Below are positions 25,501-39,479 of a DNA stretch of 64,000 bases, piece after piece. Every line of letters starts with the position of its first letter. The stretch's first letter is position 1. The notes below the pieces were generated by a model. The model ran no database searches and was not told the origin of the DNA. It worked only from the letters and a program-made list of their open reading frames with translations. Source of the DNA: Tubiluchus corallicola (Eukaryota > Animalia > Priapulida); assembly GCA_030141605.1 (NCBI GenBank), contig JAQGDQ010000585.1, forward strand, positions 71,436-135,435, given 5' to 3'. A program made the translations under genes and the position numbers.

Positions 25501-28500
25501 AATAAAGTTTGAGTGTTTCAACCATTCAGCTTAACAATGGAAGTCTCTACTCCTTCCGATATAGTTTCAACACGATTTGCACCAACAAAACAAAAGTGAA
25601 ATTTAACGCAAGTAAAAACGATCCAATAGCTTCTTACATTTGCGTTCTGTCAGTACTGGGGCAAGTTCCAGTTAACACCAAGATAAGATTGAGCATTGTA
25701 ACTGCCATTTGATTTAAAATGACATGTTTTCTTGTCATTTTTTTTATTGAGCCCTTATGTCTGTTTTAATATTTCTTGTTTTCCTAGGTTAAGCCTAGGA
25801 AGCCGAAGCACCAGTTGGATTGTTCTAATTATTCAGACTTGAGCAGCCCAACAGTGACACCTGTTGTGAGAAAACGAAAGCAAAATAATCGTATCGTAAA
25901 GAAAGGTAAGTTTAATTTGATTAGGCACCAGGTAGTCATGTTTGTAATTTCGATAAACTTATATCACGCTAACTCTTTACTTTATACTTGTTTAGCTGAC
26001 GTTTTACCTGTTTTTGCTGACATAAAGCAAGATGAACTGGCCACCCAGGGTGATGACTTGTTTTGCTCAACCCCTTTCCTAAGAAGACCCCCACAACGAG
26101 TAGGTATCATTTAAGTCTAAAAAGTAGCTTTTTACTGTGAGATAAACCAGTTTTTTCCTCTTTGTTTTAACTTAAGTCAACTTTTTGATCTGCCAAAAAG
26201 GCAATAAGTTTAAAAAGAAATAAATTAATATTTTCAGTGAAAATTTAAAAATGTTTTAATTGAAATATATTTCTAAGCTAAAAGGTGTTTAAAAAGTGCT
26301 TAATTTTTCTAAGTTGACATGCTTGAAAGGAAGATTGCTTTCAAACGATAATTTTTATTTCTGAAACGAATAAATTTAGCATCTCATCTTTTAGGATTTG
26401 ATTTTGTAAATTGACAAATTTGTTGTTAAACTGAAGTTTTACAAACTATGACAGTTTGAATCAATTTCATCTGGCGCACAGCAGACTAATTTGCGTTTCA
26501 TGTATAAAGAAGACCACGAATCAGAAAGTTGGTACTAATATTTTATCTCAGTTGCTAAGTTTTTGGCGGAATTTGGATGAGAATATAGGAATATGTAACT
26601 TGGAATGCTTGTTGGGATGTCTAAATCTTGCTGTTCACTTCTTTGTAACATCTCAGCATATTATATTTGCCATTTTGAACACTATGCTACTCATTCTGCA
26701 GCAGGTGCATAATCTACTCATGGTTCAGGATGATCTACTCAACGTGAGTCGCTTCGCCTCGTCGACACCAGGGGGCCCACGTCCACAGACGGTTCTCATT
26801 CCCTGGAACAAAGCAAGGGAAGTGAAAACTCCGCATCTGCATCCCGCCATCACTCCCGACTTGCTGATTACCGTTAACAGGTGAGAAATTTCTTCACTCT
26901 ACTTGCTTCTGCTGCGTCGTCGTGCTTGACTTCACGAGAAAGTGGTTGCCTCGAGCAGTTTGTTTCAAATGTAGCAATATATTTCTTCTGTAAGTTAAGT
27001 ATATTATAGGAAAGGCCAAGTCGTCTAGGAGGATAGGTGTGTTTCAATGTTCGCAAAAAATGTTAGACGGATTTAGTAATAAAACTGCAATAAGCATCTG
27101 GTGTGACTAGTAAAAGCACTTTAAAGCACAAGAAAACCCTTCATAAGCATAAAGCTTGAAAAATTCGTTTTGAAATTTTATATCGCTTACATACTGGCTT
27201 TTTGCATGCAGGATTTCAATCGGCAGTCACTCTGTATAGAACATGTAAATTTAAACTCTCTCGATGACGGTTAGACGCAGCCATTTTGACGATAGGTCAT
27301 TTGAAACAAGTTTAGATAAGATTCTGTAAAGTTTGGAAAAATAATCAGAGCATTCGTAGCACACAAGTCACTAACTAAATAAAATTTAAAATTACTGTAT
27401 CTTGTCAATAAGATTAAAAATATGTTTTCTGGTTAGTGAGTGGTGCACCCTGTAGGGTGAGTCAGCAACATCAGGGGCGGAACCAGTTGTGGCAAGCAGG
27501 GGGCGAGGTATCCGAAGTGGTTAGATAATGGTTAAGCCAATTTTAACCCCTTTTATACTGCATGCAGGCCTATAATTAGCGTGTGTGTAGGACAGCGTAG
27601 CGGACAGAGCAATAATGAGAAAATTAACTCTGAGTTAACCTAACGTTATTAATGTGACTCTAACTAAATTGTTATTTACAGAAATTTATCATACACAAAT
27701 TTTAAGAAAATAATACGCAGGAAATAATGTCGGTAATGTCCAATCAGGAGGTGGCTCATCAATTTGTATCTCCCAAACCGACTCTCTGGTACTAGGCTGG
27801 CTGGACAAACTGACTCTCTGGTACTAGGCTAGCTCAACATGACTTCAATGTTTGCATTGTTTTTGCTCTATAATTTCACTGCTGAACGAAGCTCGAGTGC
27901 TAACTGAGCCGTTTTGTTAACTAACAGTCTTTTGTGCAAAGACGCTAATGCTACTCAACGAATTACACAAATACAGTACTACAAAAAAAGTACTGCAAAA
28001 AAATTGTTTGTCCGATTTGGCAGAGGGGGACGCAAATTTTGACAGGGGGGCGCCCCCCCCCCTTCGCCCCCTCCTAGTTCCGCCCCTGAGCAACATTTTA
28101 CTGATTGGTGAAAACATTTTAAATAATGAATAATTTTCTTTTCTAGTTACATAAATCTCTCTAGCAGGTAAGCGAAAATCTAAGTAATATAGATTTGCAC
28201 AGAAAGTCTTTTGAGACATAATTTAACATTGCCTTTTCTTCCCCTGATTTACGTTTGATATATGAAGTCATGTAATGGTGACTTCGAAACAGTATTGCGG
28301 GAGATTTAAAATGAGAACAAACTAAAATTCCTTTCAGTGCAAGTAAGATATACGCATTAAATTGCTATAAAGTAATATAATTTTTTAAGGCGATTTTTCT
28401 GAAACCTACTTCAGGTCTCCCTTTTCTTGTCCTTTAAAGTCGCAATCACTTCATGCTTGGAGGCTCCCATTTTCAATGCCCATTTTTCTTCCAGTGACGT

Positions 28501-31500
28501 CATTCATCTTGAAGAAAAGTAGCGCACTGTCAATCTTCACGAGTATAAATGAGTGTAATAAGTATCAATAAGTATAATGACTTTTACACCAGAAATAGTA
28601 AGCTGTAGAAGTTTAAATTAGTCTAAGCATTGCGCCCGCATGAAAAGCCACGATGCGCTTATGAAAAGTCTTAAAGTCTACTAGTTATGTCACAATTTTC
28701 AAACGAATGACGACAACCACCATACCTGTAAATTTAATATATAATAGGTTTATGTTTTATAAAGAGTTTTTTTTTGCAAATTTCTTTGTCATATTCTTCG
28801 AAGTTTAAATGATGATAGTAAAATAAACCCAGTTATGATTTCTATATTAGACAGTCGGTGCAGAGCTACCTACGTGGTTTTGAAGTGGAGGGAAGGAATC
28901 CTTTTCAAGGCATCGTGCTGCTTCCACAACTGGATGCTGCTGATGACAATGCGAAGAGTGGAAAACCAAAAAGGGGAAGAAAGAAGCAAGGGCGACAGCA
29001 AAAATCTACAGAAAAGCCAGTTAAGAGTAAGTCAAATCCATCATACTTTCTTTCCTTTACATACTGTACTTTTATCACCATTTTTAGTAATTGTACTAGT
29101 ATTTTTTACTTATCCTTTTTCTGAGCACAAGCATGAAGCATCATATAAAGTTATTTTGGCTTAAAACAATTTTTACAACCTTATTTATTAGTCAGTTTTA
29201 CTGTTTAAATATGTAAATTTCTGACCTTTTAAATTGCCAACCAACTTGTTCTTTTTATGGCTTTGCAGATTTTTTCTGTTTTTTTACAGGAAAATCTGGA
29301 AAAATAGAGGAGGATGAAGTAGCAGTTTGGCAGCAAGATGAAATCGACCGCTTTTATGCGTAAGCATGACATTATTTTAAACTAAGGAAATTGATGATGT
29401 TCTATGTATAGTGTGCAGTTAAAATGTTTTTACTGAATCAATGTCGCAGTTAAAGGAAAACCGTACGATTGTGTAAACATTAGTTCAGAATAAAGAATGC
29501 TATAAAGTATTGAATTTTTTTTAAATCAAAGCTTAGATTAAATAATAATTACCTCGGATACTCAAGTTTCATTAAACTTTCAAAGCTACATGCGGCTCAG
29601 TGAATTTACTAAGATTGGCAGCGGCGCCTTTTTGTCACATTTGCGTGACAGACAAATAGAAGGTGGTGCCGTGATGACAATGATCATGAACTACAGTGTT
29701 AGTTTCTGACGTCATATGACGTAGAGCGCATTTATTTGGCATTGTGCATTTAAGTTGTAATGCTTACGTACCTACCTACCGTACTTACGTGCAATACCTA
29801 CCATTGCACAAACTATGGTTAGTTTCTGACGTAAGCAATAACTGTGTTCGGTTGCCGTTAATTAATTTTCTAAGCTAATTATTCAAATATGAGAAATAAT
29901 TGCTAACTTTTAAAGGCAAGAAAATGTATATCTTGGACTGCCAATTAAAATGAGATTGAGACCAAACAATCGTATGGTTTTCCTTTAATGAATTACTTTG
30001 ATTAATTTAGAAATTTCTAGTAACTGTAGAACATTGCTGTTTTCGTTCGGGGGCACGCATCTCGTTAGAAACTGTGCTAACTTGTTAACTCTTTTGCACA
30101 GAGCTAAGCGGATGATATCGCCACATATTGACAACTACTGGGGTGTCATAGCGGCCCGCGTCGGCACGAAGTCGGTTGAGGAATGTCTGCGTTATGATTC
30201 CGGTGATGTGACCGATACCGCGAAGAAACCCAAAAGAAGGAAGAGAACTGCAAGAAATGGTAGTTAAAAATTTATAATTTACGTTCGCATTTTCTACGGT
30301 CTGTAAAACTCTTTATCCTGCCCATTACAGATTATCGACTTCTGTTCATTTGGGGGGGGGGGGGCAAGGGCTGTGGGGCTATCAGGTTTTAAATTTTGTA
30401 TTCAGCAATTGTGCTGTTTTACTTTGTACATTTTACGGGTATTTTCTATACTTTTACAGACTATGTGGCAACACATTTTTACACTAAATTTTTATGATGC
30501 TCGATGATGTACGATGCATTATGACGTTGATGAACAACGAGTTTCTGTCTGATTTAACAACCAGTTAAATACTGGCTGCATTTCTTTGCTGTGACTAATG
30601 ACCTCATTTTGTCATATCCGCCCCAATTTATCTGCTGTTTTGGTCTAACGTACCGTAGCTTTCTACCATTGCTGTGTTTCTTCTTAGCCAAATTTATCTT
30701 CTTTCTCTGATAAGAGCCCCAATTTTCGAACTATGTCTATTTTAGTGGAAATCAGTATCTCATCGTTAACGAAACTGTAATCCAAAACGCGGTTAGTTCA
30801 GGTCAAATAGCCGATAAAGTGACTCTCGGATAGAGTTTGTAGTGATGTAAATAGGGATTGGGAATGAGCCTTGTTGGGATTATGTGGAACAGGTCTGGAA
30901 TAGGGAGAATGTCAAAGTTCAACTTGCGCATCCGTATCAGCTGTAATTCAAATCAGTTTGCACATAGGCCACATTTGAGCCTTATCATGCATTTTCAATT
31001 GTAGATCTGAATCTGAATTTAGCAATTTGGTGCAACAAAATGAGTGTTGTCTTAAAAATTCATAAAATATTTTGAAAAATTTAAATGCAATCAGTGAGTT
31101 GCAAATTGGAGTAAATATTTTCTGATAGCTCAACTTTTATAACTTATTTAAATTTCATTCTTTCACGTAGTTTGAAATATAAAGCAAATCGGTTTCAATA
31201 GCCTGGGATCAAAATTTAAACTAATTTCAAATTTCACGAAATCAAATCAATGTCGTCTTTTGTTAAATTTTTGCCCACTACTAAGTCCTGTATACCTAGA
31301 TACCTAGTCACAACTTAAAGCAAAACCAAACTCAATCTTAAACTGTAGGTCAAAACAATCTACTGTTTAAATATTGAAAGTAAACATGCTGTTTTTTCAA
31401 AAATGACTTACGTGAAAAAATTATTACCACACAAACACAATTTTATGTTCCGCCACTAGTTGTTCGCTGTTACATGCATTTCGTCATTCGCTAGCTAGAT

Positions 31501-34500
31501 GGGCATTAGCCCCTGCACAATTTCGGAAACTCATCACACCAAAAACATGTGCTGTACTTCTCAGTTCAGATGTGTTAGTTTGTGATGAACTACACACGTT
31601 CGACAGCTCATGCGTGAGTACACCGGTAAATTTGAAATTTGAATTTTTGTCTTGAATCTTGTCTAGTTTTAGTACAACACACTGAATATCTTATAGTAGC
31701 ACTGTACTTCAATTTTTGCTTTCACAAACACATGCAACACGCTCGTGGAACATTTTTACTGTTGTCAATAGTTGGGCTCATCCTCCGATAATTGAGTTTT
31801 TAATCTATTACTAAATTATCAGAAATGCTTTTGCAGCATTAACTGTGTTAAAATGTATACTTTTTGTCACACTTAAAAATGCGGCAGTATATGAAAAATC
31901 ATCCCATCTTCCTTTAAATGACATTTAGTTTAGAAATGATTATTCATTTTACTTTGCAAACTTCACAGAAGTTTTACATACTTGCTTACTTAATGAATGT
32001 ACACACTGCTATTTTTCTTTCAGATATTAAACCTCGTCCTCTCGCTAAGAAAGGCACCATTAGGAGGAACCAACAGCTGCGCGACGTTTTCAAGTCCGCT
32101 AACGATGATTACGATGGTGATGATCTGTTTAACTCACCGCAGTGCAACGGTCGAGGCAGACAGATCAGGGTAAACAGACAGTTCTCTTATTAGTCACTTT
32201 ATTTTTCTGTCTTCGTTTTTTTCTTTCTTCCAAATTTTTCTTAAACGATGACATCATCCCAGCAAGGTGCTTTTTGACAACAAGAGAAAGTTTTTTTACT
32301 GGTAAAACCTTCTTTAGAGTAAGAAAGACTGAGAATAAAGGAAAAATGTGTAAGACACTCAATACTGTAAATCGGGACTGGTTGCAAATCCGGAGTCTGG
32401 TTTAAATGGTTTTCGTGTTTTCAATATCTTGATGGTTAATTTAACAATCTGAAATTAATCTAGAAGGGAAATTGAATATTTTTTCGTGCAAAAAAGGTTT
32501 TCCATTTGATTTGTGAGTTGTACAAGTGAGCTGCATCCCTTATGTGAACATTGGGAATCGACGCCTGCATTTATTCTGCTCATAGAAACATTTGTCAAAA
32601 TGAGTGAAGTTATGTCGTTCATCAGAGCGGCCACATATACAGGCTATATTGTTTAATATATTTTCAGGCACCGTTGCTAAACTTTACGGGCGATTCTTTG
32701 GCAAATCTCAGTCGATTTTCAACCCCTGGCGACAGGATGCTGACCCCGTTCGGTCGGAATTCGACACTGCATTCCGACACTTCCAATGCGGTGAACAGTT
32801 TTTACTCTCCGGGATTCATCGATCGTTCCACTGATCAGTAAGTTATAGAAACCATTCATCATGTGACGTGAATTCACATAAATACTCTTGATGCAGTTAG
32901 TGTTTTGCATGTATACAGTGATACCTTGAGATACGAAATTAATTTCTTCTGGAGGGGCGTTCGTATCTTAGAATTTTTGTATTATGAGACAAGATTTATT
33001 ACAATTTATTATTTTGGCATAATTCATTACAGCCCGCCCTCCCCCCGAAAGAAATATATTCGTTAATGACAACATAATCATTTACATAAATGTCAAAAAA
33101 CAATGAGAAAATAATCAAATCAATGAAAAATAATGATAAATGTTGCTACGAATAATGACATTTTACCTTTCGAAGCGTTCATGTGTTGCGCACAACAAAG
33201 CGTTCACGTGATGCGACGAAATGCCTTCTGGAAGGACTGCTGTCGGGCGGCATTTTCGTTTTCGTATCTTGAATATTTTTTCATTAAATGGGACGGAAAT
33301 TTCTTCGAAGTCCGATTCGTATTCTGAATTTTTCATATAATAGGGTTTTCATAAGTCGAGGTTGCGCTGTATTTTTATAATCACAAGCACTCAAGTTCAC
33401 AAATAGAAGTAGAAAGAAGAAAGGCTCCATGCTGGACGAGTCTGCTGGAGGGATACACGGATACGGCATCATTTTTCTAACCTCGTCACAGGAGGACAGG
33501 TGGCTAGCCCATCCGTCGACGGCTTTTCTTTCTTCAGTAGTTGACCAGATACTCAATTGAGACTGAACAACCAGACCTAAGAAAGCAGCCGATAGTCCTG
33601 TGGGAGTCGAGTATAGCTCGAAAATTCCCCAACACGAGCAAGATTCGAACCCAGAACCTCTGGATTGTCAGCTAACCACTAAACCAACATTGCTCCCAAT
33701 ACCAATAAACAGGTCCAAATAAATAAATTGATAATAACAATCATTGTTTGCCACATAACGTTACCATTGTAAGCTGGGGAAAATGACAGTCATATTACAT
33801 GGAGCTTTTTGTACCTAAGCAATCAAGTTTTAATAAAGACTTTTTAGCTGATATTCTGTGGCAAAGAAATGGTTTCCAGCTAAATAAGCATACGCAACAC
33901 TTTTTTTGACAAGTTGACTCTCGAGTTGACAAGACTCATTACAAGGTTCCAGAGCATGATATTTGAAACCACCTCATTCCACTCGTACTAATTACTTTAC
34001 TTATAATACAATTTTAATGCTTCCATGTCTCGTGCAGTCGCAATATATGGCCTCCAATCAATTATAATGCTATTTTAATATAACTCTATGTAAATTAAAC
34101 ATACACTGTGGTCGTTTCTTCTCCTCTTTTCCTTCTTTCTATCCCTAATCTTTCTATTTTTTCAATTCCATCATTTCTTCTGACCCTAACCATTCTTTCA
34201 TTCACTCATTTCTGCCACCCTAACAATCCAAGCTTTCAAGGTGTCATACAGCAACTCTTTTATTTGGTTAATATGACTTCATCAACGTTTTTTTACTTAT
34301 ACTTTTACTTTTACTTTTACTGTTTCTTTTTTTCAGTAATATTGTATGTTGATGTATTGTATATGTATTGCTGGAGTGAAATAAATTGATTGATTGATTG
34401 AGGAAACAATTATTAAGTTAAATGATAGCGACGTATCTAGTAAAGATTTCCTATTATTGTTGTTCTTTTGACTGACATTTTTATTGGTATCCTTTTGAAC

Positions 34501-35619
34501 AATCTTTTACGACACAATAGAAGTTTAGATGGGTGATTTTTGAATGTTAGTTTCTTTAACCCAAGGCTGTACAATTACAAAGTTGTAAAACTGACAGCAA
34601 ATGCTATGAAGGTGGGATTTGTCAAGAAACAGGAATGAGTCCAAATCGTTTTTATTCAACGACTGGTGGGAGAGCCAAAATGTGAGTTTCTGGCCAAGTG
34701 ATGATACAACAAATTACAAATAAATGATTAAAAAAAAGTGGGCTAAAATCAAAGGTAGGTGAAAAAATTAGGAGTGAACGTGGATTTGAACCAGGAACTT
34801 GCCAACTCTACTGTATCATACATCCTTAGGAATGTTATGATCACCGTGCACAACTATAAATATTGACTTGTTGCATATTTTTTAGAAATGAGGCTGACAA
34901 ATACGTTTACCACCTTCAGCAGCGGAAGAGACTTCAGCAGAAATTTACTTCAACGCCAACAACTGTGGCTAATTTTCAAAGCAAATTTGTCTCTACACCA
35001 AAATTAAAGGTACATTTCAATCCACGTTTGTTTTTTATCAAGTAACTTTCATTCAGTTTTTTAGATTGTTTACCAATATTGGCAGTAAGGTTTACAATTT
35101 CTTTGCTAGTTTTTATGAGACATGTTGAAATAAGATTTTGCAAAGCTTTCTGTCACTATTCTCTGTTATGATAAACTTTCACAATTTTTCATGAGTTTCT
35201 TGGCATAATTTGTCAATTAACAACTTTTACACTTGGGAGTTGGAATAAATCGGATGTTAAAAATCATATGGCAAATGTTGCGTGTGTAGAATTTGATTGA
35301 AAGAAAGCAATTGTGAAAAAGTATTTTATGATAACTGGTTTTGAACCAGGTACTTTGGAATTATAAAATGATATAACTTCTTTGTTACTCTCTTGTTAAT
35401 TTAGACACTAATTTCATGCTATTTAAATCATTCAAGTTTTTATGAACCAAATTTAAGCCACGTTATTCGCAATTTTTGCAGCCAATAAAGCAAACTGCCG
35501 CACAAAAAGACATGGCCTCCTTGTTTGGCAATAAGAATGAGGGAATAGCTTCGGATACTGATTCGGGCGAGGAGGCTGATCACTACGGCTCCGGTTTAGA
35601 AGCATCATTGGAATTATAA
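16568..35619 (+). CDS. MIS18BP1: Mis18-binding protein 1 / KNL2 (SANTA + SANT/Myb centromere licensing factor)
   Basis: Phase-consistent exons 16568-16654, 17109-17227 (LYKWTL...VIVEG), 18826-18962 (WHSSPII...TLQTHNGKIYKL), 19597-19693 (GFLPEIITAFTSGFPRNW) = SANTA; 21060-21154, 21842-21909, 23837-25075, 25788-25905, 25996-26099, 26702-26880, 28851-29026, 29290-29359 (WQQDEIDRFYA) + 30102-30259 (YWGVIAARVGTKSVEECLRY) = SANT; 32024-32169 (AKKGTIRRNQQLR...DDLFNSP), 32668-32837, 34886-35009 (NEADKYVYHLQ), 35482-35619 (LF...EEADHY...*). AATAAA near 36522. Confidence 0.88.
17575..18356. mobile_element. Second copy of the TAGACTC-terminated element
   Basis: tattagactc...gagtctactaa; colinear with 4072-4908. 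Confidence 0.5.
24309..24628 (+). repeat. 63-bp coding tandem repeat, ~5 copies (RTRSNARLATAVPxEEKRSDG)
   Basis: Near-identical units visible in the DNA and in ORF 23861-25096. Confidence 0.95.
27121..28437. mobile_element. TTAA-flanked MITE family C (Kolobok-type) carrying a nested hAT insertion
   Basis: TTAA-agcacaagaaaa ... ttttcttgtcct-TTAA; homologous copy lacking the hAT insertion at ~46342-47110. Confidence 0.75.
27472..28088. mobile_element. hAT-type MITE with 8-bp TSD
   Basis: AGCAACAT|caggggcggaaccag ... ctagttccgcccctg|AGCAACAT. Confidence 0.9.
29450..29988. mobile_element. TTAA-type MITE family A, copy 3
   Basis: TTAA-aggaaaaccgtacgattgt ... acaatcgtatggttttcct-TTAA; colinear with 7747-8289. 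Confidence 0.85.
32916..33369. mobile_element. Tc1/pogo (Tigger-like) MITE
   Basis: TA|cagtgataccttgagatacgaa ... ttcataagtcgaggttgcgctg|TA. Confidence 0.65.
33405..33697 (-). mobile_element. tRNA-derived SINE
   Basis: Minus strand head gggagcaatgttggtttagtggttagc...gggttcgaatc (A and B boxes), then a GC-richer body and a (TTC)-like tail. Confidence 0.6.
33840..34400 (+). mobile_element. Degraded L2/CR1-type LINE 3' end
   Basis: Pyrimidine-rich 3' UTR ending in aataaa followed by a (ttga)n tail. Confidence 0.4.
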
Positions 35620-38346
35620 TGGACAATGCAATTTCAAGTGTTGGAAATAAGGTGGGATAATCTCGGAATGGAGGATCGAAACTAGCTGTTTAAGAGAGGA
35701 TCTGATTTGAAGAATCATTCAAAGACATGTATTAAGACTCAATAGACGTCAGGAAATAACTTCAGCTGACAGAGAGAAGCCTGTAGCCCACACTGCATAG
35801 AGTGCCATGATTCTGATATTGGGACTGGCTAGGCACTTAGCTAAGCATTCAGTGGTTCTCTTTGGGTGTTCACTAAAGACCTAGCAATTGATAGTTCTAA
35901 TTTGAAATCTTTAATGCAGCCACAGAAGGCATATGCTCTCTACAGGTGGAGTTGTACGCTACGTCATTTCTTTATTAATGCGTTACAGTGCACTCATCCA
36001 GACACAATGGCAGTCTCGGTGACTGCTACATGCCACATCTTCGCAGTAAGAAGGAGTGAAACTGCATAACTTTTTCACACCAACAGGATTTTCTGTAAAT
36101 CTTTCATATAGTGAAAACTGTATGGCAGTTTGAACTGAACGTGGTATCTATGACAGAAATTTAATTCACATTTTCGTACAAGATTGTGGTCTAAAGTTAC
36201 GCACGGCTGGTTCCAGTAAGTTCCAGACAGGTGATCAATGAGCATGTCTATGAATAACCAATTTTTTATCAGTTGTTTGCATGTAGCAACCGTATGTACA
36301 CATACCTCAATAGTCAAGTAATTTTTCTTAGCTTATGTTTCACTCTTTGTGTGGAGAACTAAAATGCTTATTTTTTAAATATGAACATGACCAGAAAGAA
36401 ATACACAGTTTAACTGTAATTATTTTCTAGAATTTTTCAAATATTTTTACGCTTCAGTGATGCATAGGCTATAGTGATGCATTGGCATACAATATGTGTT
36501 GCCAAGTGCATTTTCTATATGAATAAAAGCTCATCACTTTGCCCATGTTTAAGTTTTTGATGGGGGTAATATTACTCAGACATGTGAAAATATGATTCTG
36601 TAACTATTACCGTTGCAGTTTAAAGCTTTATAGTGAGTAAAAAAGTTTTTGTGGCAGTAAAACAGGCGACAAACGTTACTTAGCGATTGAGAATGTACGT
36701 TATTCAATTAAACTGCTATTTTTACGCACCTAATGCGTAAAATTATTAGTCAGTTGTTTGTACTGTAGATGTAGATTAACTGTAAAAAAGTAATACAGCC
36801 TGCATGTAGATATTTGTAAATTAAACACAAATTATATTAAGCAAATACAGTTTTCTAATCAGTTTTTCATGTAAAAAGATGCTTTTCATAATGCTTTGAG
36901 CAGTTTTGATTACAAGTGCTTAATCCATCACAAATCACCAGAAAAAACAAATGCAAAGACCACTGGTGTCACAATTATACTAAACAACAGTTTCTCGGTA
37001 ATTCTATATTACGAGGAAAATTTCACTGTTTTTTCTTTCATAGATTGAAATGACAGGAATGCTTTCAGTGACAAAAAGTTCAAAAATTGTAGTTTGAAGG
37101 AATTAGCAGTGAATTTGCTAATTTTTTTATTTTATTTTTTTTTATTATTATTATCACATTCAGTACAATATAAAGCACACATTAACATCAAAATTATTAC
37201 ATCTACTATATTAAATTGTTATGTTTCATACAGAGAAGAGAAGTAGAGAAGCAAAGGCTTGTATAAGCCCACTGTCATGTGAACCAGATAAAAGAAGAAT
37301 GGATGAGTGAACAAAAAAACTGGGAGAAAGGTTAGATTACACAGGAAGGGTAGAAGGATGTGTTAGTGGAAATGGTAGGAAGAAAGATAATAGATTGCGC
37401 TATGTTGACATCAGCTCTAAAGATTTATCAATGATGCCTTGCTTTGCATAAATTTTAATATGAGTTAAAAAAATTAATGTTGCTTGACTTTGCGAAGGAA
37501 CATTTCGTGCCATTGGTGAAGACAATCCTGCATAAGAAATTCTCATACTATGTAATGTATTCTGTCTACTTGAAGTTTAAATCACATGCTTTTATTGTCA
37601 ATTATTACATTCGGCCATTCTAACAGTTTGCCACTTATGCTCTATAAAAAGTGACGCACAACCAGCTAAACACAAGTCACTGGTTAGTAAAAGCAAAATT
37701 TACTCCTTCGTCGACAACTTAGCAGTTATTTTTGAGCTGCTCGTGCATCTCTGACACCAATGGTAGCTTCTTGGGTTGTTTGCGCAAAATACATGCTGTA
37801 AAAATTTCTTTTTCACTATATCAAAATTCACAAACATTTAAGATTATTGATAGTGGATACAACCTCATTTTTGCAATTTTTTAAGCATGCTTGCGAAAAT
37901 TGCCAATATTCCTCTCTCTGTTTAACATAAATTGTTCAAAAATTTAACATTGAGACAAATTAATTATCACTACAATACAAACAGGCAAATAATGGCCAAC
38001 TAACAAAAATGAAAGCCAAAAATAATTTCCGAAATTAACTAGAATCTAACGATATCTTTAATAATTATGATCCAGACATATCCACAATTTTTCAGCATCG
38101 ACTTTCTCCAATTCATTACCCTCAAGGGGTATTATTTGGTAAAATAAACTGCGTAATCAATGCCACAATTAGACATTAGATTCAATCAATAATCATACCT
38201 ATGTGTATAATCGCATATCATGCCTACAGTGGGAGATTTCACTGTTGCTCAAAATTGGTCTCATTACAAGCCGCCGAAACCCTTTAAATTTTGGACATTT
38301 TCTAAACAATTAGGGGGGGGCAGGCCCCCATAGCACGACGCCACTG

Positions 38347-39268
38347 GGTGCGAAGCCTGGATATGTGGCAGTGCCCGTACTGTCGAGGTTCTGTACCGCT
38401 ACTACTATTAAAGCTCTGCTGGGGGTTCGTACTTCTACCACAAACGATGTTTGTTTGCTAGAACTTGGCATGCCTTCACTTGAAGCGAGGGAAAAAATGT
38501 TCGTTTCGAAGTCGGTAACCCAGCGTCACGCTTTGACGGCTGACCTGTTTATGTTGGTATAGAATTTATGTAAAGATACACGAACAAAGGGATACAAATA
38601 TTTAGACAGTGTTATGTCTACAACGGATCATGTACAGACAGATAGAGAGACGAAAGACTCTGATCGTACAAAATGCAAGACTTATTTGGAAATAAATCCA
38701 AATTTGTCTGTGCATCCAATGTATGGGAACACAGAGTTACCTGAGCACAAACGTATAATCATCACAAGAATAAGGGTCTCATCATACAATCTAGCTATAG
38801 AAACAGGTCGTTGGGCAAATGTACCTCGTGAGCGCAGGCTGTGTCTTTGTGGAGAAATTCAGACAGAAGAGCATTTTTTGTGCGACTGCCACGAAAATGG
38901 ACTTTATACATCACTGTACGCGTTAAATTATAGTAATATTGCAAATTTATTTGACGGAAAATTAATGTCAATTGGAAATTTCATTTACGACTGTATGCAT
39001 AGATTTTTTGAATTAAATAGTATAGCTTTGTTAGCGGTAAAATATTTTGTTTATCACATTTGTACAAATGCTTAGTAAATAGTTTTTTTCGCTTCATGGA
39101 GTTTACAACTAAATTTGTATATCTGTGTATATACCTTGTGCAGCTATGTTGAGTCAAATTGTTAATATGATCTGGAAATCATTACCCGAGCACTGCCCGC
39201 TGATAAAACCATCGGGTATGCGTCGAGTTTGTAATTTTCGTGTTGGACATTTGATTTTCAGAAATAAA
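38347..39268 (+). mobile_element. 5'-truncated LINE (RTE-X or L2/CR1-type ORF2 C-terminus plus 3' UTR)
   Basis: LLGVRTSTTNDVCLLELG and RIRVSSYNLAIETGRW...RRLCLCGEIQTEEHFLCDC motifs, interrupted by stops/frameshifts; AATAAA then (ATCT)n tail. Confidence 0.8.
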
Positions 39269-39475
<207 letters not shown>

Positions 39476-39479
39476 GCAA

